Shown one piece after another: positions 27,673 to 37,989 of a stretch of DNA of 64,000 bases. Position 1 is the stretch's first letter. Every line of letters begins with the position of its first letter. Source of the stretch: an uncultured virus (IMG/VR IMGVR_UViG_3300050821_011122). Lineage: Duplodnaviria > Heunggongvirae > Uroviricota > Caudoviricetes. The stretch lies in IMG/VR virus record IMGVR_UViG_3300050821_011122; one strand, written 5' to 3'. The position numbers and the translations under genes were made by a program. The notes beneath the pieces were generated by a model, which did no database searches, had not been told where the DNA came from, and saw only the letters and a program-made list of their open reading frames with translations.

Positions 27673-27714
27673 AAACGACTTTACAAAATTTGCAGCACTA
27701 AGGAGAGCTTCCCC

Positions 27715-28269
27715 ATGACGACTCAGCCAGTAACGAAACGTTTAGAAGACGAAAAAACAGTTACGATGTTCTTCCCCCGAAAAACGGCACTGCAACTCGA
27801 TTCTCAGTCTGGAGTGGCTGAGAGTCAGGGCGGCCGAATCCTGGAGTTTAACCAGGGAATCAATGAGGTTCCAGTCAGCCTGTCTACGCACCCATACCTG
27901 CGTGACAGTGGCGCCAGACCTTACACCCGTAACGCCACTGAGGCAAAGGCGTTCTCAGACCAGCAGGCTTCAGATGATAAGCAAAAGGCAGACGCTGCTG
28001 ACGCGGCAATCAAAAGCGCGGACGCTCAGGTTGTGGCAGCTCAGGCACAGGCTGGCGCCGAGTTAACTGCCTTGAAGACCAGTTGGGATAACCGCATTGC
28101 GGAGTTGAAGGCAAAGGCGGATAAGTTACGTGCTGGGGCGCCAAAGCCCGCCTCTCCAGTCCTCACCCCCGCCCAGCAGAAAGCGGCGGACGACGCTAAG
28201 GCAGCAGCTGCTGCAGCCCAGAAGGCAGCTGACGAGAAGGCAGCTGCGGACAAGACAGCTGGCAGGTAA
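27715..28269 (+). CDS. Hypothetical protein with Ala/Lys-rich tail; paralog of 25545-26153
   Basis: FPRKTALQLD...FNQGINEVP; AAGGAG RBS. Confidence 0.75.
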   Translation: MTTQPVTKRLEDEKTVTMFFPRKTALQLDSQSGVAESQGGRILEFNQGINEVPVSLSTHPYLRDSGARPYTRNATEAKAFSDQQASDDKQKADAADAAIKSADAQVVAAQAQAGAELTALKTSWDNRIAELKAKADKLRAGAPKPASPVLTPAQQKAADDAKAAAAAAQKAADEKAAADKTAGR

Positions 28270-28270
28270 G

Positions 28271-28429
28271 TTGCCGACTGCCGTCGAGCCGATCGTGCTG
28301 TGCGACTGCGGGTGGCTCATGGTCCAGCAGGACAAGGGCGTCACGTGCAATAACCCCGAATGCGCTGACCGGGGCAAGTTGTACCTGGTCAGCGTGAAGC
28401 TAATCGCGGTAAGGCTTACCCGCCAGTGA
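28271..28429 (+). CDS. Small Zn-ribbon-like protein
   Basis: CDCG...CNNPEC; GTGA-coupled to the next gene. Confidence 0.5.
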   Translation: MPTAVEPIVLCDCGWLMVQQDKGVTCNNPECADRGKLYLVSVKLIAVRLTRQ

Positions 28430-28761
28430 AGGTCTCAAGCAAACTGCGACGCGATGAGGGTGGGTACGACCATTGGTGCCCTGGTTGTAGTGAAATGCAC
28501 CACCTGCCCGACAGTTGGAGGTTTGACGGTAACGTGGATAGGCCCACGTTTACGCCTAGCTTTAAGCATAACGGTTTACGGAGAGAGTTCGTCGCGGGCC
28601 GATGGACTGGAAATTGGTTGCGCGACAATACTGGCAACACGATTCCGTATTTGTGCCATTACACCTTGACGGCAGGGCAGCTTCAGTTCCATAGCGACTG
28701 CACCCACGCTTTGATTAATCAAAAGATAGCTCTGCCGGACTTACCCGATGAACTTACTTAG
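28426..28761 (+). CDS. DUF6527-family Cys/His protein
   Basis: CPGC..MH, WRFDGNVDRPTFTPS, CH, DCTHAL. Confidence 0.75.
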   Translation: MKVSSKLRRDEGGYDHWCPGCSEMHHLPDSWRFDGNVDRPTFTPSFKHNGLRREFVAGRWTGNWLRDNTGNTIPYLCHYTLTAGQLQFHSDCTHALINQKIALPDLPDELT

Positions 28762-29242
28762 AATGCTAATATGGTCAGTGCTCATGGTCTGGGCGCTGGA
28801 GCTGTATTCCCACGCGCAGCTGCCCGACGCGCCCAGCGCCAGCAAGAGCGTGTGCTACACGGGCGCCATGGACAACAGCGGGCAGTTCATGTACGTGGAG
28901 GTGGACTGCCGCAGCGTCCCGGTGTTTAGCAAACCCGCGCCCTACGTGCCAATCGTACGCAAGCCGGGCTTTTTCACCATGCTGCCCAACCGGACGAATA
29001 AACAAACGCTAACCAGCCCTTGGTTTATCGTTCCGAGCGTATTAGCAGTTGGCGCGAGCGCGGCGAACGTGACGCGGTCCCGGCGGGCGGGCGCCGCGTG
29101 GGGCGACGCTAGCGCGATGCTGCCGCTGGTCGGGCTGGGCTACGTGATGGACAGATTCGTATGCCGCGCGTTCAGCGTGGCGGGGCTGGGTTACGTCGTG
29201 GGGCTGCGGACGTACGGCGCGGCCACGGGGACGTACCGGTGA
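28748..29242 (+). CDS. Exported/membrane hypothetical protein
   Basis: Signal peptide ending SHA-Q; hydrophobic C-terminal segments. Confidence 0.7.
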   Translation: MNLLRMLIWSVLMVWALELYSHAQLPDAPSASKSVCYTGAMDNSGQFMYVEVDCRSVPVFSKPAPYVPIVRKPGFFTMLPNRTNKQTLTSPWFIVPSVLAVGASAANVTRSRRAGAAWGDASAMLPLVGLGYVMDRFVCRAFSVAGLGYVVGLRTYGAATGTYR

Positions 29243-30045
29243 AGCACACCCGCTGGGAGCCGACGCTGCGGAGCGTGAAGGAGTACGCCGACGCGCTGTG
29301 GAGCGCCTTCGTCCACGCCGAGGAGTTCGGCATTGCGACAATTAACAGCCTGGAGTTCCTAAAGCGGTACGCCAGGCAGGCCGCCGAGCGCATGGTTACC
29401 GGCTTGTACTTTAGGGGCGCCAGGACGTGGCGCGAGGCCGCTGCCGAGAGCGGCAAGACCGTCCTGATGTACCGCGCCCTGAGCCAGGAGCTGCAGGGCC
29501 CGGTCGGGCTGCGGGCCAGGGAATTGATTAGGGAGAGCGCCGGGCTGATTAGCGCATTCCCGGAGAGCGTTGCCCGTGTTGTGGCGGCGCAGGCAGCGGC
29601 GCACGCCGCGGCGGGCGGTCGCGCAAAGGAGCTGGCGAGGGGATTGCCCCCGCTGGCCAGCGTCGCCCGCTCGCGAGCGCAGCTGATCGCGCGGACGCAA
29701 GTGAGCAAGGCGAGCACGGCGCTTACGGAGGCGCGGGCGGAGAGCCTGGACCTGCCGTGGTACGTTTGGGAAACATCCAGCGACCAGCGCGTGCGCGCGA
29801 GCCACAGGAAGATGCAGGGCGTGCTGTTCCGCTGGGACGACCCCCCGGCGCCGGAGCAGCTGGTTGGCAAGAAGAGCGAGGGCCATTACGCGCCGGGCGA
29901 CATCTACAACTGCCGGTGCTACCCCGCGCCACTTGTAACATTGAACCAAGTGCAGTGGCCCCACAAGGCGTACGTGCAGGGGCAGATCAAGTACGTGACG
30001 CGGTCGCAGTTCGAGAACGTGAACGGCATGCGGAGGGCGGCGTGA
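29239..30045 (+). CDS. Head morphogenesis protein (SPP1 gp7 / Mu F-like)
   Basis: RAQLIARTQ, YVW..SSDQRVRASH, PGDIYNCRC. Confidence 0.9.
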   Translation: MKHTRWEPTLRSVKEYADALWSAFVHAEEFGIATINSLEFLKRYARQAAERMVTGLYFRGARTWREAAAESGKTVLMYRALSQELQGPVGLRARELIRESAGLISAFPESVARVVAAQAAAHAAAGGRAKELARGLPPLASVARSRAQLIARTQVSKASTALTEARAESLDLPWYVWETSSDQRVRASHRKMQGVLFRWDDPPAPEQLVGKKSEGHYAPGDIYNCRCYPAPLVTLNQVQWPHKAYVQGQIKYVTRSQFENVNGMRRAA

Positions 30046-30524
30046 ACAAGAGTTCGGACGGAGCAATCGGCTTTCTAACGAGCGTAGTGCTGTTGACGGC
30101 TGTGTTGGCTGCCAGCTTCGCTTTCCTGTTTCCGCCGCCGCCCAAGGCGCGCGTGGCCTACGCCCAGACCAGCTACACCAACTGCGAGACCGCGCGGCAG
30201 ACGAGTACGCTGCTCGGCGCCACCACCGGTACTTCCGCCACACAGCTGGTGGCGTTGGTATCCGGGGACCCGATCTACGTGTGCTCCGTGATCGTAGTCG
30301 GAACCAGCGGCACCAACCCGACCTTCTCGCTGGTGTACGGCACGGGCACCAACTGCGGCACCGGGCAGCACACGTTTCTGCCCTCATTCGCCACCGCGGC
30401 CAGCGCGCCCGTCAGCTTCGGCGGCCACTTTGTCGGGGCCGTGCCGGCGGGCAACGCGCTGTGTTACCTGGGCGGCGGCACCACGCCGGTGCAGTCCTAC
30501 ATCATAGTCTACGCGCAGGGTTAA
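30042..30524 (+). CDS. Exported beta-sandwich-like protein
   Basis: Hydrophobic N-terminus then AYA-Q; four Cys. Confidence 0.75.
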   Translation: MNKSSDGAIGFLTSVVLLTAVLAASFAFLFPPPPKARVAYAQTSYTNCETARQTSTLLGATTGTSATQLVALVSGDPIYVCSVIVVGTSGTNPTFSLVYGTGTNCGTGQHTFLPSFATAASAPVSFGGHFVGAVPAGNALCYLGGGTTPVQSYIIVYAQG

Positions 30525-30534
30525 GGGAGCCTAA

Positions 30535-33500
30535 ATGAAAAAGCTACTACTGGCGCTGTTCGGTTTGCTGCTGGCCGCCGCCCCCGCGGCCCGCGCGCAG
30601 CAGGTGTTCGGCGTTCCCTGGGACGGCCCCAGCGCGGGGCTGCGGCTGCCCTCCAACAGCAAGCTGATCTTGGGCAGTAACGCCGCATACGTGGACAACA
30701 ACGGCAACCTATTCGTCAACACCTGCACCGGGTGCGGCGGCGGGGGCAGCTTCGTGCCCGCGGGCGACTTAGGCGGCAGCAGCACCACGCAGGAGGTGGT
30801 CGGCATACAGAGCAACGCGCTGCCTACGCTGGCCACGGGCTACTTAAACTGGACGGGCACCGCGTGGGCCTACACTACGCTGCCCGCGGGCATCGGTTAT
30901 CCCAGCGGCAGCGGCATTCCAATCGTAAGCACCGGCACCAGTTGGGGCAGCACCATCACCGCCACCAACGGGGATGTCATCTTCGGCAGCGGCGGTGTGT
31001 GGGCCAAGAGCGCGGCCCCGGCAATTTCCGCCGCGAACATGACAAGTTTCCCCACATTTAACCAGAGCACCACCGGCAACGCGGCCACGGCCACCGCGCT
31101 GGCGTCAGCCCCCACGCTGTGCAGCGGCGGCCAAGCGCCAACCGGCATCTTGTCTAACGGCAACGCGACGGGTTGCGCCGCGACGGCCAATTACCCCAGC
31201 GGCAGCGGCATACCGCAGGTCACCAGCGGCACCAGCTGGGGTACCACTTTGGGCACCAGTGGCAGCGGCAGCGTGGCGCTGACCACCAGCCCCAGCTTCA
31301 CCACCCCGGCGCTGGGCACCCCCGCCAGCGGCGTGGCGACCAACCTTACCGGGCTGCCGCTGTCCACGGGCGTTACCGGAACATTACCTGCCGCCAACGG
31401 CGGCACCGGTCACGCCAACACGGCCACGCTCACGCTGGGCACCAGCAACCAGAACTGGGCCACGCTGGGCACCGGGATAGTTAAGAACACCACGACTACG
31501 GGCGCGCTGAGCGACGCGGCCAGCGCGGACGTGCTGGCTCTGTGGACCGGCACCTGCAGTTCATCCACGTTCCTGAATGGCGCCGGGGCCTGCGCCACGC
31601 CCAGCGGCAGCGCGTTTACGCCGCAGACCAACGGCACCAACAATACCACGTTGACTGGGATAAACTTCATCCCGTCCACCGCCAACGTGGACGGCCTCAC
31701 CATTACGCCGTCCAACCCGGCCACGGTGAACGAGATCTACGAGATCAGCGGCACCACCAACGCCACGGGCGGGGGCACGGGATTGTCGGTCCCCACGGCC
31801 CACAGCCTGGTGGTGGCGGAGGGCAGCAGCGCCTACAACCTGGTTACCTCTTCATCTACCAACGGCAATTACCTGTGCGGCTTCAACGTGACCGCGGCGG
31901 CGGCGGTGGATCCCACCTGCGCGCTGGTCGGGGTGCCGGTGGTGCTGGAGACGGTCAGCAGCGACACGCTGGCCTACGGCTACCGGGCCAATTTCCTGTC
32001 TATTAGCGGCGGCTCGACCTTCGCGCTTAGCCTGCCCGCGGCCACTGGCAACCTGGCCAGCAACCTACCATTCGTGATGTACAACGGCAACAGCGGCAAC
32101 GCCACTCTCACCCCCACCACGCCGAATAACATCAACGCCGGGACCAGCCAGGCGGCGCTCACCGTACTGCCGAAGTTTGCCGACTTCATCTACCAGGACT
32201 CGGCCAGCACTATCAACTGGCACGACCTGGGCGGGGGTCTTGTCACGTTCGCCTCCCTGGGCAGCACCTGCACCAATGGCATGGACTGGTCCACCACCGC
32301 CGGGTGGAGCTGCGCCAGCGCGGCACCGTTGACTACTTATCCCGGGGCCGGGATCGCCAACTCCACCGGCACCGCTTGGGGCACTTCCTACACCACCTCC
32401 GGCACTGGAACGGTATTGGCCCTTACGGGGTCACCGACGTTCACCGCCCCGGCCCTCGGCACCCCTTCGGCTGCAGTGCTGACTAACGCCACGGGGCTGC
32501 CGCTGTCCACGGGCGTTACCGGGACTTTGGCGGCGGCGCAATTTCCCGCTTTGGCCGGTGACTTGACTGGCACCGCTACCTCGCTATCCGTGGAAGTAAC
32601 AGGGCTATTGAACCACGCACTGCCTTCAATCGCCACTGGTTATCTTAACTGGACCGGCTCGGCCTGGGCTTTGAGCGCTTCGAGCGGCGGCGCGGCGCTG
32701 TCAGCCATCACGGCGGCGGTCAATACCAACACCATCGCCAGCGGCAACAATTATGGGCAGGCGTGGAACTGGGCGCTTACCACTAACAGCGTTACGGCCA
32801 TGCAGTTCGGAGAGACCACCGCGGCCACCGGCGGCACGCTTACCAACGCGCTGGCCAACCAGCAGATACTCGGTTTGGCCACGCTCAGCGGGTCCACCGC
32901 CACTCCTCTTAACGTTACGCAGGGCAGCGTCACGGGCACCACGGCCTTTCCCGCCGTCCAGGTACAGAGCACTTGGAACAATTCGAGCCTTACCGGTAAC
33001 CTGATTTATGGCAACGTCGCCAACACAGCCTCCGCTGCAGGCTCGACGCTTATTAACCTAGCGGTCGGCAACACCTCGCAGTTTAAAGTAGACAAGGGTG
33101 GTAATGGAACGTTCCTTGGGACGCTTACCTTCGCCGCCAGCACCTTGGCTAATGGTACAGTGGCTACCACGCAATCTCAATTAGATGGCTCAACGAAGAT
33201 CGCCACAACCCTCTACACCGATACCGCCGTGAGCAATGCGGTGGCGGGGGTCAATCCAGCAGTGGCAGTCCTTGCGGCCTCCACAGCGAATCTGACCGGA
33301 AGCTACACGCAGGTTGGTGGTGGCGTGGGTGACACATTCACGATCACGGCCACCGGAGCCTTCACGCTGGACGGAATTGCCATCAACACTATTGGCCAGC
33401 GCGTGCTGCTGAAGAATCAGACCACGGCGTCACAGAATGGCGTCTACACGGCCACAGTGGCTGGCACGACGGGCGTATCGGCGGTGTTCACCCGAGCACT

Positions 33501-34050
33501 CGATTACGACACGCCATCGGACGTGAATAACACTGGCTCGATTCCCGTGCAGTCTGGAACCGTCAACACGACCACGAGTTGGCTGCTGACATCGCAGGTG
33601 ACTAGCATCGGGTCGTCCGGATCATCGCTCACTTACGCGCAATTTTCCTATAACCCAGCAAATGTTCCGCTTTTGACTACCTTTCAATCTTCGGCGGTCA
33701 CGACGAACATCAGCGCCACGAACATCGTGGCCAGTGCTGGAGCGACGAAGCTTTATCATTACGACTGGGAAGTGAGCCTGACGGCGGTCGGCGTGGCTTG
33801 CACGGGCAGCACCACCGTCGTGGTCAACGCGATCCTAACCGATCCCAACACCTCCACGCCGCAGACCATTGCCCTCGGCACGATCACCATCGCGACGAAC
33901 GGAGTCGGAACGGTGGGGTTTGTCGCAGAAGGTTCCGAGGCATTCTATGTGAAAACGGGAACCGCCTTGCAGTACTCGACAACCGGCTACACGGCCGGTG
34001 CGGGATGCTCTACCAACCCAACCTATCAGGTCACCGGAGAGGTGTTCTGA
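30535..34050 (+). CDS. Signal-peptide-bearing fibre-like protein (1171 aa)
   Basis: [22 protein letters not shown]; internal repeats LGTP....[15 protein letters not shown] and [27 protein letters not shown] fibre motif. Confidence 0.8.
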   Translation: MKKLLLALFGLLLAAAPAARAQQVFGVPWDGPSAGLRLPSNSKLILGSNAAYVDNNGNLFVNTCTGCGGGGSFVPAGDLGGSSTTQEVVGIQSNALPTLATGYLNWTGTAWAYTTLPAGIGYPSGSGIPIVSTGTSWGSTITATNGDVIFGSGGVWAKSAAPAISAANMTSFPTFNQSTTGNAATATALASAPTLCSGGQAPTGILSNGNATGCAATANYPSGSGIPQVTSGTSWGTTLGTSGSGSVALTTSPSFTTPALGTPASGVATNLTGLPLSTGVTGTLPAANGGTGHANTATLTLGTSNQNWATLGTGIVKNTTTTGALSDAASADVLALWTGTCSSSTFLNGAGACATPSGSAFTPQTNGTNNTTLTGINFIPSTANVDGLTITPSNPATVNEIYEISGTTNATGGGTGLSVPTAHSLVVAEGSSAYNLVTSSSTNGNYLCGFNVTAAAAVDPTCALVGVPVVLETVSSDTLAYGYRANFLSISGGSTFALSLPAATGNLASNLPFVMYNGNSGNATLTPTTPNNINAGTSQAALTVLPKFADFIYQDSASTINWHDLGGGLVTFASLGSTCTNGMDWSTTAGWSCASAAPLTTYPGAGIANSTGTAWGTSYTTSGTGTVLALTGSPTFTAPALGTPSAAVLTNATGLPLSTGVTGTLAAAQFPALAGDLTGTATSLSVEVTGLLNHALPSIATGYLNWTGSAWALSASSGGAALSAITAAVNTNTIASGNNYGQAWNWALTTNSVTAMQFGETTAATGGTLTNALANQQILGLATLSGSTATPLNVTQGSVTGTTAFPAVQVQSTWNNSSLTGNLIYGNVANTASAAGSTLINLAVGNTSQFKVDKGGNGTFLGTLTFAASTLANGTVATTQSQLDGSTKIATTLYTDTAVSNAVAGVNPAVAVLAASTANLTGSYTQVGGGVGDTFTITATGAFTLDGIAINTIGQRVLLKNQTTASQNGVYTATVAGTTGVSAVFTRALDYDTPSDVNNTGSIPVQSGTVNTTTSWLLTSQVTSIGSSGSSLTYAQFSYNPANVPLLTTFQSSAVTTNISATNIVASAGATKLYHYDWEVSLTAVGVACTGSTTVVVNAILTDPNTSTPQTIALGTITIATNGVGTVGFVAEGSEAFYVKTGTALQYSTTGYTAGAGCSTNPTYQVTGEVF

Positions 34051-35669
34051 TGACTCGTCGATTTATATTCTTCATCTTACTGAGTTGTGCGGCGTTCATA
34101 TCAGTTCCGATATTAGCGCAGAACGGACCTAACGGACGATATTACACACCACCTCCAAATCAGGTGAATCCGGTCTACGTAGTGTCCTGCAACCCCGGTA
34201 ACCAATCTGCCAGCCCAGCTACTTGCAGCCTAAGCATTCCCGCGGGCGGATCTTTCATTGGTATTGCTGCGTTCAATGGAGTGGCAGCCACATTGTCTGG
34301 CTCTTGCGGCGGCATCGGCGACGGTACGGGAACTGGCGGGTGTACAGGCAGTGATTCGGTAACGATCAACCCCGTATACAAAAACGGTTCCACGTTCGAG
34401 GACTACACCTTCTCGTTTTGTGGTGTGGCGGCGGCGGTCACGACGATCACCGTGACATGGACGGGTTCCTCGTCATTCATGTATATGGCGGGCGCTGTGT
34501 TCTACGGCGTTAACGGTTCCTGTATTGATGGCGCTTATGCACAACACCAAAGTACTTCCGCTACGACGGCCTATACGACAGTCGGCGGGAGTCCTGCAAC
34601 CGTGACGCCAACTACTCCGAATGACGTTATGGTTGGTCTCACCTCGAATCACTGTGGGGGCACGATAACAGCCGGCAACGACACACAAGGAAATTCTTAT
34701 TCGCTGGCGGTTAGCAATAACGGGGTCGTTGGAATCGAGACGTTCCCGGAAACCAGTATCGCCGCATATGGTGCTACTTTCACAGGGCCAAGCTGCTCGT
34801 ACAACATCTATGCTTTTGCGATCAAGGGCTACGCGACTCAGAACGGTAATCCTATTAACTGGGGATCGAACGGACGCAACTACCAGAACACAGCCTCGTC
34901 GAATGGGAAATTTTATGGTGAAGCCTATGCCGCTACCGGCCTGATTGATTTTGGAAAAGGAGGCACTAACACCAACGTTCCGACACAGACAACGCTTTTT
35001 AATTCGATCAATGGTAGTGTGTGTACTCCCAGCAGTTGCATTTCAATTAGCGGTATGGGTACGAATACGAAGTACACCAACGCGCAACAGCCGGTAGTGC
35101 TGGCCGCCCCCGCAGTCATAAGCTCGGCAGGATATGGGGGAGGCGGTGGCCTTGGGATCGGAGGAGCAACCACTTCCGGTGGGACAGGCGTGGGGGACGT
35201 AATCTACAACCAAGGGACAAATGCCTCCACCAGTCTAGGCTTCACGGTCTATTCAAGCTGCCCATACACCATCGGAACGGATTGCGGGGCGCAGGGCGGC
35301 CTGTACGGGACCAGCTCCTACATTACCTCCCACTTCAGGCAATTCGGCTCCTACCCCTACATGAGCGCCGTGATGGAGAACCATGACGGCGGGACGATTG
35401 TCTACAATCCGCTTCCTAACGCATCGTCCTATATTTACCGGGTGAACATGCAACTCAACACTTCGGGCAACGACTACATGATCTTGTGTGACACCAACAA
35501 TCGGCTCCTGTATAGCTGGACGATGACCGCAGCCGCAAACGGTGCTCTAAATCTTGAGTTTGGCATTACGGGTGAGGAGCCAACGACTGCTGGGTACAAC
35601 TATTACTGGTGGAACGCTGACTGGAATTCTAGCGGTGCGGGGTTCAATATCAATGGTCCGTGTTTCTAG
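34050..35669 (+). CDS. Exported Cys-rich beta protein
   Basis: [29 protein letters not shown] coupling. Confidence 0.8.
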   Translation: MTRRFIFFILLSCAAFISVPILAQNGPNGRYYTPPPNQVNPVYVVSCNPGNQSASPATCSLSIPAGGSFIGIAAFNGVAATLSGSCGGIGDGTGTGGCTGSDSVTINPVYKNGSTFEDYTFSFCGVAAAVTTITVTWTGSSSFMYMAGAVFYGVNGSCIDGAYAQHQSTSATTAYTTVGGSPATVTPTTPNDVMVGLTSNHCGGTITAGNDTQGNSYSLAVSNNGVVGIETFPETSIAAYGATFTGPSCSYNIYAFAIKGYATQNGNPINWGSNGRNYQNTASSNGKFYGEAYAATGLIDFGKGGTNTNVPTQTTLFNSINGSVCTPSSCISISGMGTNTKYTNAQQPVVLAAPAVISSAGYGGGGGLGIGGATTSGGTGVGDVIYNQGTNASTSLGFTVYSSCPYTIGTDCGAQGGLYGTSSYITSHFRQFGSYPYMSAVMENHDGGTIVYNPLPNASSYIYRVNMQLNTSGNDYMILCDTNNRLLYSWTMTAAANGALNLEFGITGEEPTTAGYNYYWWNADWNSSGAGFNINGPCF

Positions 35670-37899
35670 CCTCATCGGGGTTCTCATACTCCTAGCGAGC
35701 GCTGCTTTCGCGGGAACATACACCGCGAATAGCTGCTCCCAAGGAGACGTGAACGACTGCATCAACGGAACAGGCGGGACCTGCGTCGGCGGAGCGCATA
35801 CGGCTGTGGACGGCGATATCATTAACATTCCTTCCGGCTCTTGCACCTGGACGAGCGGCATTACGGTCCCATCGAGCATCGGCATCACCATCATCGGCAG
35901 CGGAACGCCTAACGTCGGCGCAAGCACAACTGGCGCTTCATCCTCTTGCGGCAGCGGGACCACGATCACCCTGTCCGGGGGCTTCACCGCATTTGGAATG
36001 ACGCCCACTTACGGGAACTCTACGACCCGGCTTTCCTGCCTGACGATCACGTACAGTTCCGGCGCGGCAATCGGGTTCAAGATTCTCGGGACATGCACCT
36101 CCAGCGGTTGCCCTAATCTCCGCATGGATAATCTTACATTTTCTAGTTGGGCGGGCCACATAAATGCCGGCATCTCTTACGGCATCGGAGCCGTGGGCAA
36201 CATGTTTGGCGTCCTTGACCACAATATAGTCAATGGGACGGCGAACAATTATTTGCAACTGGTGGAAGTATCACACGCTGGTTATCTCGGCGTGGGCCAG
36301 TACGGAGACAACGCTTGGCACTTGGCGGAATCTTATGGCACGGCCAACTTCCTGTTTATAGAAAACAATCAGTTCAACACATCAGGATGCTGTGAGAACG
36401 AAGGCAGCGCGGGAGGACTTGGCAATCAGGGCGGGAGCCGGGTAGTGGTGCGTTTCAACACCTACGCGAATATGGATCACCTCAATTTCCCGATGGGTTT
36501 TCACGGTACGGAATCCAGTGGGCGTCCGCGTAGTGTCAGAGCCATAGAGTATTACGACAATGCCTGGACTTGCGCGGCTGCGACGGACTGCATATCAGGG
36601 CCGGGAGTGCGCGGCGGGACTGGATTGATTTGGGGAAATACGTCGTCCATTCCCTCCGGCTCCGACTTACAACAGTTCTTCACTTTGACGACCTACAGAG
36701 TGCAAGGCAGTCCGGGCGGCTGGCCAGCGTGTGACGGGAACGCGGCTTACGACACGAATGACGGAACGACCTACTACAGCGGGACCATAGGCTCATTTAA
36801 TTCGGGCACGAACACCATCACAGTTTCAGGCTCGCCCGGTTGGATAACGAATCAGTGGTCGCCCAATGGCGCTCCTTACTCAGTGCATGATGTCACGCAG
36901 ATCACGGGTGCGGAGATTTCGGCGAACGGGGCGGGAACTCTGACCCTGAATGGTGCGGTGAATGCCGGAGCTGGCGGAGCTTGGACCCCTGCGGGCGGAG
37001 ATTCTATTCAGATCCTTCGCGCTACTGTTTGCATTGATCAGGCGGGCGGACGCGGTGCCGGGACCTTGTACACTGGCACGGGCGGGAACGGATTGCCGAC
37101 TCCCGTTTCGGCGGCAAGCGAGGTTGCGTCTCCGACCTATACCTGGAATAACAGTTTCAGTGGCGGAGGTTCTGCGCCGAGCACTGCCGTAGTCTCTTTT
37201 ACAAGTAGAGTCATAAACAAGCGCGACTTCTATATGGAGAATGTCAGTCAAGCGGCGCAGTCCAGCGCAACGACGCCGTTCGACGGCTCGACTACGATTG
37301 GCATGGGGCATGGAACCCTAGCGAATCAGCCGACGACCTGCACGACTGGAGTTGGTTACTTCGCTACGGATCAAGGAACTTGGGACCAAGGTGGAGCGGG
37401 CGGTGTCCTCGATCTATGCACTGCAACAAATACCTGGACGACGAGCTATACGCCCTACACGTACCCACACCCATTGACTCAGCCCGCCAACCCTCCCACT
37501 CCGTTCCCAGCGATTCTAGCCAAGGGGGGACAACAGAGCCGCCATGACCGCTATGTTGCAGATCAGGCTTACGAGCAGACAAACCGTAGTCAGATGCTTT
37601 CTCATTTCGTGCTCCCTTGTCCTGTGATTGAGATTTGCCAATCCAGCCCATACAGTCCACGCGCAAGCCTTCGCGGTGCAACCGATTGCCGCATCACCAA
37701 CGGCCACGGCTTGCATCAGCGCGACAGGCCAAGGGCTGATCTGCTTCTACGGCGCGGGAACGGCCACGGCTCCATACGGCGTATGCGCGAGCTTCAATGG
37801 TGGAGCGTGCAATCCGATCACGGCGTCGGCTGGCCTGACCATGACGGGAACGGACCCGATCGCGGTATCGTCTACCGGCGTCATCTCGCTCAGTTATGA
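35653..37899 (+). CDS. Exported right-handed beta-helix (pectin-lyase-like) protein; C-terminus after about 37520 probably aberrant
   Basis: Signal peptide ending AFA-G; SCSQGDV...DGDIINIPSGSCTW cap; GVLDHN, FIENNQF, VVRFN; YTPYTYPHPL. Confidence 0.75.
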   Translation: MVRVSSLIGVLILLASAAFAGTYTANSCSQGDVNDCINGTGGTCVGGAHTAVDGDIINIPSGSCTWTSGITVPSSIGITIIGSGTPNVGASTTGASSSCGSGTTITLSGGFTAFGMTPTYGNSTTRLSCLTITYSSGAAIGFKILGTCTSSGCPNLRMDNLTFSSWAGHINAGISYGIGAVGNMFGVLDHNIVNGTANNYLQLVEVSHAGYLGVGQYGDNAWHLAESYGTANFLFIENNQFNTSGCCENEGSAGGLGNQGGSRVVVRFNTYANMDHLNFPMGFHGTESSGRPRSVRAIEYYDNAWTCAAATDCISGPGVRGGTGLIWGNTSSIPSGSDLQQFFTLTTYRVQGSPGGWPACDGNAAYDTNDGTTYYSGTIGSFNSGTNTITVSGSPGWITNQWSPNGAPYSVHDVTQITGAEISANGAGTLTLNGAVNAGAGGAWTPAGGDSIQILRATVCIDQAGGRGAGTLYTGTGGNGLPTPVSAASEVASPTYTWNNSFSGGGSAPSTAVVSFTSRVINKRDFYMENVSQAAQSSATTPFDGSTTIGMGHGTLANQPTTCTTGVGYFATDQGTWDQGGAGGVLDLCTATNTWTTSYTPYTYPHPLTQPANPPTPFPAILAKGGQQSRHDRYVADQAYEQTNRSQMLSHFVLPCPVIEICQSSPYSPRASLRGATDCRITNGHGLHQRDRPRADLLLRRGNGHGSIRRMRELQWWSVQSDHGVGWPDHDGNGPDRGIVYRRHLAQL
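37521..37637. other. Apparent 117-bp inversion carrying an RBS, start codon and signal peptide
   Basis: Minus strand reads AAGGGAG-6 nt-ATG RKHLTTVCLLVSLICNIAVMAALLSPL; re-inversion joins it in frame to ANPAHTVHAQA. Confidence 0.7.
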
Positions 37900-37975
37900 T
37901 GCCGCGCTGCACACTGGCATCGCATCGCTCGGCCTAACCGCCAGCGTGCCCAGCGCTAGCGCCCCGGTAAAGTAA
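37628..37975 (+). pseudogene. Exported small Cys-containing protein, start-less as assembled
   Basis: VHA-Q cleavage site present, but the upstream frame has TGA at 37625; signal peptide lies on the opposite strand. Confidence 0.6.
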
Positions 37976-37989
37976 AAGGAGAAATTAAA

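Noticed and set aside
37625..37627. TGA readthrough or stop-codon recoding
   Set aside because: TGA is a normal stop throughout the window; the inversion explains the locus better
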